This document shows, one piece after another, positions 55,144-63,896 of a stretch of DNA of 64,000 nt. The first letter of the stretch is position 1. Each line of letters opens with the position of its first letter. The notes under the pieces were generated by a model. The model was given only the letters and a program-made list of their open reading frames with translations, was not told the DNA's origin and searched no databases. This stretch comes from a virus. Its lineage: Duplodnaviria; Caudoviricetes. The position numbers and the translations under genes are program-made. The DNA is taken from positions 128,001 to 192,000 of IMG/VR virus record IMGVR_UViG_3300020469_000008; one strand, 5' to 3'.

Positions 55144-55452
55144 ATGTCAACAAAACTTGCTCTAATGTGCAAGTCGCACAATTACAAAACTAACTCACTT
55201 CAAAATATTTACAGTGTAGGTAATTGGGTAATTGCTGAAGACAGAAGAAAAGATTTGCTGGGTCAAAAAGTGGTTCTCACAGAATCACAGAAATCACCCG
55301 CTTACTTAGGAGGAACCATTGTTGGTTTCGTTCCTTCAAACGATGGTAGGAAATGTGAAGTCGTCTTTCAAGTCGATGACACACTTACCGGTAACACAGA
55401 CGCAGTTGGACATCGAGGCTGGGCACCCGGCAGCGGTCGTTGCTATATCTAA
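55144..55452 (+). CDS. Hypothetical protein
   Basis: AAGGAG RBS and own promoter. Confidence 0.7.
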   Translation: MSTKLALMCKSHNYKTNSLQNIYSVGNWVIAEDRRKDLLGQKVVLTESQKSPAYLGGTIVGFVPSNDGRKCEVVFQVDDTLTGNTDAVGHRGWAPGSGRCYI

Positions 55453-55467
55453 AACAAAGGAGAGATT

Positions 55468-55659
55468 ATGCGTTCATTAATGTTGGCAGCAACTTTATCA
55501 TTAGTTGCTTGTGGAGACAAAGAAGAGGAAGATACTTCAGTTGAAGAAGTCGAAGAAGTTGAAGAGGTTGAAGAGACCGAAGAAACAGAAGAGACTGGTG
55601 AGGCCGAGGAAGAAGAATCTTCTGAGGAATCAGAAGAAGAAACTGGGGGTGAAGAATGA
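55468..55659 (+). CDS. Poly-Glu lipoprotein
   Basis: LVAC lipobox followed by an almost purely E/T tail. Confidence 0.7.
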   Translation: MRSLMLAATLSLVACGDKEEEDTSVEEVEEVEEVEETEETEETGEAEEEESSEESEEETGGEE

Positions 55660-55898
55660 TTGCATTGATGTTTGCATTTATTCTCGGTTGTGATGACGGA
55701 GACACAACAGAAACAACAACGTCAACAACAGGTACAACTGAAACTACTACAGAAAGTACAAACAGTACAGTTGATAGTAAGACAACACCTGTCAGTAACA
55801 CAAGTAGTGAAACATCTACTACAAATGTTACTAAAGATGAGACGTCTACTGATGAATCATCGAAAACACAAGACAATACAGAAACTAATTCTGATTGA
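55656..55898 (+). CDS. Thr/Ser-rich lipoprotein
   Basis: ILGC lipobox followed by a T/S/D low-complexity tail; ATGA-coupled. Confidence 0.7.
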   Translation: MIALMFAFILGCDDGDTTETTTSTTGTTETTTESTNSTVDSKTTPVSNTSSETSTTNVTKDETSTDESSKTQDNTETNSD

Positions 55899-55973
55899 AC
55901 TTAACAAATGATGTTAGCTGTGGCCCCTAGCGTATAAAAGGGGCACTCTTTAAACTTAAACACTAGAGAAACA

Positions 55974-56285
55974 ATGCTATTTCACCAACTACTAGCAATT
56001 ATCATTTACAGCGGGTGGCATTACGGGAAAGTTTATCATGAAAACCAAAGAGGTAACATGGACTTTCAACAAGCACTAAGCAAGGTTATATTAATCCTGC
56101 TTATGTCTTATCTGTTATATGCAAAAACTATTTTGTTTTTTGCAATAACATTTAGTAAGTTTTTGTATGATATACTCTTGATTTTTATTTCACCCCCACC
56201 CTCAATTCTACTTCCTAAAAACAAAGAAAACTTATTTGACGCAATGATTGGCTTAGCCTGTTGTGTTCTTTACATCATAGGATGA
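55974..56285 (+). CDS. Multi-TM membrane protein
   Basis: Several hydrophobic segments. Confidence 0.55.
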   Translation: MLFHQLLAIIIYSGWHYGKVYHENQRGNMDFQQALSKVILILLMSYLLYAKTILFFAITFSKFLYDILLIFISPPPSILLPKNKENLFDAMIGLACCVLYIIG

Positions 56286-56289
56286 AAGT

Positions 56290-56595
56290 ATGGCACAAGT
56301 AATAGACTTAACTTCTGAAATTAGCAAAAGACGATTGCAAAAAATTAAATCAGAGTTAGAGATTGAACTACAAAGATTAGACTTTGATATTGAAAAAGAG
56401 CTAAATAGATATGTAATTTTTGATACTTCTAATTATTATGAACTATTACATGAAGGAAAAAAGGAGGAAGTGTCTTATGAAAAGGCAATGAAATTATTAT
56501 TAACAGCCTTTGATATGTTGGTAAAATTAAATAAAGAAGAGGCAGCAATCGAGGTTGAAAACACAATAACACGTTTAGAAAACAATAGTTACTAG
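56290..56595 (+). CDS. Hypothetical protein
   Basis: MAQVIDL start. Confidence 0.6.
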   Translation: MAQVIDLTSEISKRRLQKIKSELEIELQRLDFDIEKELNRYVIFDTSNYYELLHEGKKEEVSYEKAMKLLLTAFDMLVKLNKEEAAIEVENTITRLENNSY

Positions 56596-56604
56596 GAGTA
56601 AGAT

Positions 56605-56835
56605 ATGGCAATTAAGCTTAAAGATAGAGTTAAACTTCAGAATAGAAATGACAAAAAAGACGAAGGGTTAGTTGTAAAAGTTTACAAGAATCGAAATGGT
56701 TCAATTAAGACAGCAGGTGTACTATGGGACAGTGATTGGCCGAGAGCAGTACAGCATAATCCTAGGCTTCAACCAGGGAGGGTTTTCTACTATAAACCTG
56801 AAGATCTTAAGATTGTTGGAAGCTGGAGAATATAA
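56605..56835 (+). CDS. SH3-like small protein
   Basis: IKLKDRVKL...EGLVVKV...AGVLW...EDLKIV. Confidence 0.65.
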   Translation: MAIKLKDRVKLQNRNDKKDEGLVVKVYKNRNGSIKTAGVLWDSDWPRAVQHNPRLQPGRVFYYKPEDLKIVGSWRI

Positions 56836-57098
56836 TGAGTAACGACGGTGGTGGTGGTAGATATGATGGAGACGATAAGATAATTGACATAACTGACTTT
56901 GTCAATAAAAAGACAGACGAAGAAATAGAGATTGAAGAATTTACTAACCACTTTGTCAATATGTTTAATCGTGGAATCATAGAAAGACAACGTGAAGAAG
57001 CAAGAAAACAATTTATAAACTTTATGATAAATTTCTTACTTTGCTCACAGATAGCCATTACCGTCGCAATCTGTTTTATCATAGCAAAAATCTACTAG
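56835..57098 (+). CDS. Small protein with C-terminal TM
   Basis: TAATG-coupled. Confidence 0.55.
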   Translation: MSNDGGGGRYDGDDKIIDITDFVNKKTDEEIEIEEFTNHFVNMFNRGIIERQREEARKQFINFMINFLLCSQIAITVAICFIIAKIY

Positions 57099-57146
57099 AT
57101 TTATGCACTGCCGGGAGATAGTTATAGTCGTTAAGGGAGAACTAAG

Positions 57147-57785
57147 ATGACTGTACTATCTCGCGCTTTTATACGTAGAATGATCATTCAAGAAATGAGA
57201 AAGCCTCCGCTCTCAAGTGGTTTAACTTTTGATGATGAAGACTCAACAATCAATATTGATGATGATACTGAGATCGATGATATCCCAAGTTTCATGGGTG
57301 ATGATGAAGATATCGAAGATTTAGCAGCTTTCGACGCGCTTGCCAATGCCCAAGGTATAGATCAAACTTTATATCGGGATAATCCTGATTATAGAGCGAG
57401 TATTGATGATTTTGGATTCGATGATACTGATGATGATGATGACTTTGAGTTTGAGTTTGAGTCAGAAACAGAGGAAGATTCAGAGTCAGAAACAGAATAT
57501 AACCCAGGACGTCAAGTGATGGATATGTCTGGCGATGAAATTAGAAGACATGTAATGAGTCAAGCTGATAAATTGTCACCGGACATGCGTGCAAGAGACA
57601 TGAGGACACGAGCACAAATGCAATACGATGATTTAGTAAAGCAGGGTAGAGAAAGCGAAATGGATGATCCAGAATTTATGGACACTGCAGAATTACCTCC
57701 GTACAATATGCGTAGGAAAAAATTAAAGGAAAGCATCGCTAGAAACATCAGACAATCAATAAGAAAGAGATTACTCTTATTATGA
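57147..57785 (+). CDS. Acidic protein with leader-like helices at both ends
   Basis: MTVLSRAFIRRMIIQE ... LKESIARNIRQSIRKRLLLL. Confidence 0.7.
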   Translation: MTVLSRAFIRRMIIQEMRKPPLSSGLTFDDEDSTINIDDDTEIDDIPSFMGDDEDIEDLAAFDALANAQGIDQTLYRDNPDYRASIDDFGFDDTDDDDDFEFEFESETEEDSESETEYNPGRQVMDMSGDEIRRHVMSQADKLSPDMRARDMRTRAQMQYDDLVKQGRESEMDDPEFMDTAELPPYNMRRKKLKESIARNIRQSIRKRLLLL

Positions 57786-58039
57786 CAGTAATACCACGTG
57801 GTGATTACAATCCTGAAATAGATATCGTTGAAGGTGACCTAGTTACTGTTAATTGGGATGAGTCAAACGATTTAGGGATTGTTTTAAAAGTTGCGTTGGA
57901 AGTAAGAAATAACGATCATCTGTGTCCTTCTGAAGAATTTTTAGTTGCTGAAGTCTACATATGTGGACATGTTTTTGTATTTGATGAAGATGAAATAACG
58001 ATCATTGAAAAGTGTAATATTCATAAAACTTGTATATAA
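57782..58039 (+). CDS. SH3-like small protein
   Basis: VEGDLVTV...LGIVLKV. Confidence 0.6.
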   Translation: MTVIPRGDYNPEIDIVEGDLVTVNWDESNDLGIVLKVALEVRNNDHLCPSEEFLVAEVYICGHVFVFDEDEITIIEKCNIHKTCI

Positions 58040-58040
58040 T
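58012..58040 (+). promoter_or_regulatory. GTGTAA-class promoter
   Basis: GTGTAA, 17 bp, TATAAT. Confidence 0.75.
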
Positions 58041-58059
58041 AAGAATACAAGGAGAGAAT

Positions 58060-58398
58060 ATGGTTAGTTTTTACGTAGGTGATTATACACCTCAACCTGG
58101 GCAGCTTTGTCGCACATTTAAAGGAAAAGATAGTGTATATCCGTTGTCTCAAGACGTCAACACTTTAATTTCTGACCCACTATCTCCTGGCGAACTTATC
58201 TTAATTACAAAAGTTGAGCATCGTAAAGAGTTTTCTTCTTTTTACGTCGAATTTATGCGTGACAATAGATTGTTCTACACTTACTTTTATGAACAAGTAG
58301 TATGTTTCATACAAGATAACGATAGTGAAGAAATTATTAAAATCGATGAGAAAGAAAGAACATCAACTTTTGATTATCCTTGGGTGATATGTGAATAG
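58060..58398 (+). CDS. Hypothetical protein
   Basis: Start moved to ATG 58060 after AAGGAG. Confidence 0.6.
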   Translation: MVSFYVGDYTPQPGQLCRTFKGKDSVYPLSQDVNTLISDPLSPGELILITKVEHRKEFSSFYVEFMRDNRLFYTYFYEQVVCFIQDNDSEEIIKIDEKERTSTFDYPWVICE

Positions 58399-58657
58399 AA
58401 ATTGGAAGGTATACATAGTTGAATGTGCAGATGGTAGCTATTACACTGGTATAACAACAGACACACAAAGAAGACTACTTGAACACAATTACAGTTTTAA
58501 GTCTGCTAAATATACACGTAGTCGGCGCCCTGTAAGATTGGTATATCAAGAATCTGTATTAAATAGAAGTGAAGCTTCGAAAAGAGAATACGCAATAAAG
58601 AAAATGAAAAGAGAAAATAAAACTAGATTAATTAGAAGCGATAAAAATGAATTGTAA
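58391..58657 (+). CDS. GIY-YIG nuclease (YhbQ-like)
   Basis: VYIVECADGSYYTGIT.D..RRL.EHN...AKYTR.RRPV.LVY, A.KRE..IKK. Confidence 0.92.
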   Translation: MNRNWKVYIVECADGSYYTGITTDTQRRLLEHNYSFKSAKYTRSRRPVRLVYQESVLNRSEASKREYAIKKMKRENKTRLIRSDKNEL

Positions 58658-59057
58658 AAATATTGTTTGGCAATATGTGTCTCGTGCTCTCAACGAAAAG
58701 TTCTGGGGTAACAAAGTAAGGGACATCCCGGTTTTCTTAAAACCGCTAGGAGAAGATCATTTAGGTGATTTTAGATTTACTCCTTTTGGTCTAAATTCTA
58801 TAATACTATCAAACAATGCTGGTCTGTCTACAAAAGAAATGGTGGGAGTGCTAGCACACGAAATGACACATCAGTGGGTTTTTCAAAATTACGGCTGTGA
58901 TGTAGAAGAACACGGTGAAGAGTGGATGACAGAAATCTTAAGAATAGGTTTTGATGAAGAAAATTTAGATGGGCTCACATTTTGTGACGATAATTTATTT
59001 AATTCGCTAATGTTACGACACGATAAGCTGATCAATGAGTCTGAAAGAAGTATTTAA
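58647..59057 (+). CDS. SprT-like zinc metalloprotease
   Basis: VLAHEMTHQW, HGEEW. Confidence 0.82.
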   Translation: MNCKNIVWQYVSRALNEKFWGNKVRDIPVFLKPLGEDHLGDFRFTPFGLNSIILSNNAGLSTKEMVGVLAHEMTHQWVFQNYGCDVEEHGEEWMTEILRIGFDEENLDGLTFCDDNLFNSLMLRHDKLINESERSI

Positions 59058-60112
59058 TTTTAAGCCAGGTGACTTAGTAAAAAAATCACGAGGGCATCAT
59101 AAAGGAAAATCCGGGATTATTTTAGAGGTAAATACAAACAGCTTAGGAAACACGATAGTTATAGTTTTATCAGACCGTTTAGTTAGAAAATGGTATGCAA
59201 ATTTTGTGGAGTATATATGAAAAAATCAGATTTAGTTGTTGTTAAGGATGGTCATAAAAGTGAAGGACAGATTGGCGTAATAATAGAGATATCAAAAGGC
59301 TTAGCTAACGTCTATTGGCATAGCGGCAAAGTTTATTGGATTGAAACAAAATTGCTTGAAGTGATTAATAATAAAAAAGGTGACATGTGAAACCGGGTGA
59401 TTTAGTTAAATGGACATTTGCAAAGACGTCAAATGTATACAATCAAAAAAATATATCTTATATGGGCATTTTGTTGCATCCAGAAATCCTACCCGCAAAT
59501 AGCTGGTCAATATTACTATCTGACGGGAAAATTGTTCATGGTGACGAATCAGAAATAGAGGTTATAAGAGAAAGTGAAAGTAGGTGATTTAGTAATAGTA
59601 AATGAAGCACATTGGCGAACACCCGGTAAGATGGGAATAATAGTCAGAGATCTATTCGACAAGGGCAATGCATTCAAAGTCTTGTTTTCAGACGGGAAAA
59701 TGTCTTCGAAACTTAGAAAGAACCTTGAGGTGTTAAGTGAAAGTAGGTGATTTAGTACAACACAAAAAAGACAAAATCAGAGGAGGGTATGGGTATATAC
59801 TGAAAATGCAATACTCTGTTTATCCGGATCATCCACCTTGGGTTACCTGTTACTGGCCAAGCTGGAATAGAACAACACGAGGACTAGCAGTACATATAGA
59901 GGTGTTAAGTGAAAGTCGGTGATTTAGTAATGCACAAGAAGAAGAAAGACCAAGAAGTTGACCACCGCAGTGATTGGGGATTTGGATACATAATTGAAGT
60001 GCATCGAACGATGTATAAAAATCACGTACCGTTTGTATCAGTATTCTGGCCATCGTGGAAAAAGACAACAAAAGGGTCACAAGTGTATTTAGAGGTGGTA
60101 AATGAGAATTGA
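59035..60112 (+). other. First block of SH3-like GDLV mini-genes: 59035-59220, 59217-59390, 59387-59587, 59574-59750 (58 aa, not in track), 59737-59922, 59909-60112
   Basis: Each begins (M/V)KxGDLV or a close variant, has G(I/Y)I and VxW/VLF strands and most end EV(I/L/V); all overlap-coupled. Confidence 0.8.
59574..59929 (+). repeat. 21-nt direct repeat x3 at mini-gene junctions
   Basis: GTGAAAGT(A/C)GGTGATTTAGTA at 59574, 59737 and 59909. Confidence 0.9.
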
Positions 60113-61124
60113 AAACGAAATAAAGTTAGACTATAAGGATGTGCTTATTCGTCCAAAACGTAGTACACTTAAAAGCAGGAAACAGGTCGATCTGATAAGA
60201 GACTACACGTTTCGAAATAGTGGCAACTTCTGGTCTGGCGTGCCAATCATGGCAGCGAATATGGACGGAGTAGGTACATTTAATATGGCATACGAATTAT
60301 CACGCGCGCAGATGTTTGCATGTATTACAAAGCAAAACACACCTGGAGATTGGTACAATCAATTTGCTAAAATGGATAGAGACCATCTTGCAATTAGTGT
60401 AGGTACAAACAAAGAAGAATACAAGAAAGCACAAGAGATAATTGCAACTTGCAATCTTAAATGGATTTGCATCGATATAGCGAATGGCTACTCAGAACAC
60501 TTCGTTGACTTTGTACGCAAGGTTAGAAGCGACTATCCTAGCATGACCATTATCGCAGGCAATGTTGTGACTGCAGACATGACACAGGAGCTTATTCTCG
60601 CAGGTGCTGATATTGTCAAGGTGGGAATTGGACCTGGTTCTGTATGTACTACACGAATACAAACTGGTGTGGGATATCCTCAGCTTTCTGCAGTCATAGA
60701 ATGTGCTGATGCTGCACACGGATTGGGTGGTCACATCATTGCAGATGGTGGGTGCACATGTCCTGGAGACGTGGCTAAAGCGTTCGGTGCCGGTGCCGAC
60801 TTTGTAATGTTAGGAGGTATGTTAGCGGGTCATGATGAAGGCGGTGGTGTTGTTAAGATAAAATCAAAAACAGTTCAGTTTTATGGTATGAGTTCTGACA
60901 CTGCAATGAACAAACATTCCGGAGGAGTTGCAGATTATAGATCATCTGAAGGTCGGACTGTTGAAGTGAAATATAAGGGACAAGTAGCGAATACTGTCAA
61001 GGATATACTAGGCGGATTACGCTCTACTTGCACATATGTTGGTGCACCCTCTCTAAAACAACTAAGCAAGTGCACAACATTCGTCAGGTGCACACAACAA
61101 TTTAATGGAGTATTCGTAAAATGA
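60102..61124 (+). CDS. guaC: GMP reductase
   Basis: [69 protein letters not shown]. Confidence 0.97.
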   Translation: MRIENEIKLDYKDVLIRPKRSTLKSRKQVDLIRDYTFRNSGNFWSGVPIMAANMDGVGTFNMAYELSRAQMFACITKQNTPGDWYNQFAKMDRDHLAISVGTNKEEYKKAQEIIATCNLKWICIDIANGYSEHFVDFVRKVRSDYPSMTIIAGNVVTADMTQELILAGADIVKVGIGPGSVCTTRIQTGVGYPQLSAVIECADAAHGLGGHIIADGGCTCPGDVAKAFGAGADFVMLGGMLAGHDEGGGVVKIKSKTVQFYGMSSDTAMNKHSGGVADYRSSEGRTVEVKYKGQVANTVKDILGGLRSTCTYVGAPSLKQLSKCTTFVRCTQQFNGVFVK

Positions 61125-61219
61125 TTAAGAAATTTTTTAGATATGTAGCAGACATTTTTATTGGCGGCCGGTGTTGTTCGAAAGAATGTGGCTGCTGGAA
61201 TTCAGGTTTAGAGGAATAA
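61121..61219 (+). CDS. 32-aa Cys-rich micro-ORF
   Basis: ATGA-coupled to guaC; CCSKECGC. Confidence 0.4.
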   Translation: MIKKFFRYVADIFIGGRCCSKECGCWNSGLEE

Positions 61220-61222
61220 CAA

Positions 61223-62533
61223 ATGAAAAAAGGTGACTTAGTAAAGTTCAACGATCAATGCAAACACCTAGGCTTGTTTGGGACAATTACATGCGACCCA
61301 TATAGTAAAGCAATTTGGGGTGATCACCCAGAAGATATAGAAATTGCATCTATGATAAGTGTGTTATTCGGCCCGGGTTTTGGTGAAAGTACAGGGAAGA
61401 TTCAAACATTCAGATATTCGCACTTAAAAAGAATTGCGAGTATTGTTCGGTGAGTGCTGGCACCTTAGTTCGTTTTGTTGCGACTGGTGAGTATGGCATT
61501 TTGTTAGATCAAGAGCTCGATGAAAATATGCAACTTTTCTGTAGTGTTTTGACACCAAACCCGGGATACAAATACGCATTTTGGGATGAGTTGGAGATGA
61601 TTGATGTGTGTGGGTGACTTGGTAAAAATAAAGACACATTATTCTGAAGCATGGATTGAGTATAATTCTAGACTGAATGATGGTGTAACTGGAGAAATAG
61701 GAATGATATTGTGTATTGCAAAAATAGGCAAGTCCCTAGACGCCAAAGTTTTGTGGCCCTCAGGTATGACTTGGGTCGACAAAGCTAATCTGGAGTTAGC
61801 GTGAAAATAGGAGACTTAGTTAAGTGGGTTGGTTTTCCAGGCGCAACAGCGAAGCCAGAAGAAAAATATGGTATAATAATCAGTAAGAGGTATATGCACA
61901 ACCCAGAAAATACGGACAGAATTAATGTTCTTTGGTCCGGCGGAACAATAGGTAAAAGTTTATATCAAGAAACAGTTGAGGTGGTAAGTGACGACAGTAA
62001 AAATAATAGATAACGTAGGTTACATAAAGAAAGATTCGATCGGCCGCGGCTTTGGTGCTTGGAGCCGTGCTGCAAAAATAAGAGATACACTTAAACTCTC
62101 AGGTATGCCTATATCTTTACCCGAAGGACAATGGCGCAGTTTAACTGCAGATAGAATTGAGGATGTATAATTATGAAAGCAGGTGACTTAGTAAGATATA
62201 AGTCTGGGACAATTTGGAATGCTGAGGATTTATTTATCGTTCTCAAGGTTTCAAGTCATAAGAAAATATGGCATAGAAGAATATGGTTGTACAACAGGCA
62301 CGTTGATAATGGGTCAATAGTAGTTAGTTGGGATGAAAGAGAAATAATGGAGGTAATAAGTGAAGCAGATTAAGATAGATAGTATAATAGAGAAAGACGG
62401 TATTATTGGTTATGTAATGGATATATTTGATGATACTGCATATGTCTGGTGGAATGCTCCTGGCAGGTACAGGATTGAACCACACAAATTATCAACGCTG
62501 AGGCTGTACAAAAATGAAAAGACTAGAGTTTAG
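61223..62533 (+). other. Second block of mini-genes: 61223-61453, 61450-61617 (not in track), 61604-61804, 61801-62013, 61988-62170, 62173-62373, 62360-62533 (not in track)
   Basis: Mostly MKxGDLV starts with the same junction style. Confidence 0.75.
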
Positions 62534-62879
62534 ATACTTGGTGTGTTCACCGAACTTAAATGCACACGGTACATTACACGGAGGTGAATTATTAAGATGG
62601 ATTGACGAAAGTGCCGGTATGCATGCAAGAAAGCTTACACGGCGAGTTTGTGTCACACGATTCATTGATAAAGTTGACTTCATATCAACCGCTCGTTCAG
62701 GAGACATTATCCACATTGTAACGACCTTAGAACACACAGGTTCTACTTCGCTTACTTACCGTGTAGAAGCGAAGGAAGAGATATCTTGCAGGAAAGTTGC
62801 TTCAATTGGTCGCATTGTTTTCGTTGCAATTGACGATCAAGGTCAACCCGTACCTCATAGCGTGACTGTTGATGATTAA
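62514..62879 (+). CDS. Acyl-CoA thioesterase (hotdog fold, YciA-like)
   Basis: PNLNAHGTLHGGELLRWID, VDF, GSTSL, FVAID..G.P. Confidence 0.9.
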   Translation: MKRLEFRYLVCSPNLNAHGTLHGGELLRWIDESAGMHARKLTRRVCVTRFIDKVDFISTARSGDIIHIVTTLEHTGSTSLTYRVEAKEEISCRKVASIGRIVFVAIDDQGQPVPHSVTVDD

Positions 62880-63138
62880 AACAGGCGACTTAGTGATGTT
62901 AGCCGATGATAAGTGGGTAGTACCGGGTGCACTCACAGCACTTAAGTACTTTCAACGTTTACGCGACATCTATGGCGGAAAACCAATGATTGTATTAGAG
63001 GTCAGAGACAAACCAAAAATACAGCATGTTCTTACGGAGAGTGTAGCAGGTTTAGACAAAACCATCGTTGTAATGGTTGAAGGGCACAAGCAGATTTTTA
63101 CATCTTCATTACTTAAGGTAGTCAATGAAAAAGGGTGA
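62869..63138 (+). CDS. SH3-like GDLV protein
   Basis: IKTGDLVML...LLKVVNEKG. Confidence 0.65.
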   Translation: MMIKTGDLVMLADDKWVVPGALTALKYFQRLRDIYGGKPMIVLEVRDKPKIQHVLTESVAGLDKTIVVMVEGHKQIFTSSLLKVVNEKG

Positions 63139-63328
63139 TCTAATTTGGTTTGCCTGCTCAGTTGATACGCGTACAAACAAAGTAATGGATTGGGGGTTAG
63201 GTATACTTCTAGAATATTCTACAATGCAGAAAACTGGGACAGTTCTTTACAATGGTAATCTCCGGCGCGTCAGAGGTGAGTATCTTAAAACAGTAGGAAA
63301 AAACCCGCTTGAAAACTGGACAGCGTAA
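63125..63328 (+). CDS. SH3-like GDLV protein
   Basis: MKKGDLIWF; 14-nt overlap with the upstream gene. Confidence 0.7.
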   Translation: MKKGDLIWFACSVDTRTNKVMDWGLGILLEYSTMQKTGTVLYNGNLRRVRGEYLKTVGKNPLENWTA

Positions 63329-63372
63329 TGTATCTCGCGCCCGCGTATGCGCGTAAGCGCGCAGGACAAAAA

Positions 63373-63401
63373 GTGTAACATGACTTTCTGTATTATATAC
63401 T
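63373..63401 (+). promoter_or_regulatory. GTGTAA-class promoter
   Basis: GTGTAA, 17 bp, TATACT. Confidence 0.7.
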
Positions 63402-63425
63402 ATAAACAACCAACCAGGAGATACA

Positions 63426-63896
63426 ATGGAATACGCAGGCAAAAGAAGAAGAGCTATCTTAGACAAGGTAAAGGCACAATTGCGCGAAGAATCTGAAGCC
63501 CAACTTTTGGATGGGATGGACTTCAACAACTGGAATGAGGCATTCGACATGTTGAACACACAGTTCTGGAATGGTAGTTTACCAAAGATTCCAGTGACTA
63601 CCGAAGCAACAAAGAAAGCACAGTACGGATGGTATGGATATAAAGGATACATAAAGTTAAGCGCTAACAAAGGACTGTCACCTCTCCAAATGTTAGGAGT
63701 TTTACTGCATGAGATGTGTCATCACTATGTTGAGGTAACATACAAACACGGGTATTCAGCTGCAGCAGGTGGCAAGCGAGTCATCGGTCACGGAAAGGAA
63801 TGGAAAGCTGAAATGAGACGCGTGGGATACCTAGGCAAGATTACTCGATATACTGGAAAAGAAAGATTCACAGGAGTGTCACGATGGCAACAGTAA
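63426..63896 (+). CDS. SprT-like zinc metalloprotease
   Basis: LLHEMCH, HGKEW, F.MLN.QFW.G.LP. Confidence 0.85.
   Translation: MEYAGKRRRAILDKVKAQLREESEAQLLDGMDFNNWNEAFDMLNTQFWNGSLPKIPVTTEATKKAQYGWYGYKGYIKLSANKGLSPLQMLGVLLHEMCHHYVEVTYKHGYSAAAGGKRVIGHGKEWKAEMRRVGYLGKITRYTGKERFTGVSRWQQ

Noticed and set aside
59574-59929. Regularly spaced 21-nt direct repeats resembling a CRISPR array
   Set aside because: Spacing is 163-172 nt, the intervening DNA is protein-coding and paralogous, the repeats are not palindromic, and no cas genes are present
786-63670. Numerous short antisense or alternate-frame ORFs in the track (e.g. 4646-4897, 5234-5584, 34802-35272, 46917-47363, 63209-63670)
   Set aside because: They lie fully opposite well-supported genes, lack RBS and show no motifs
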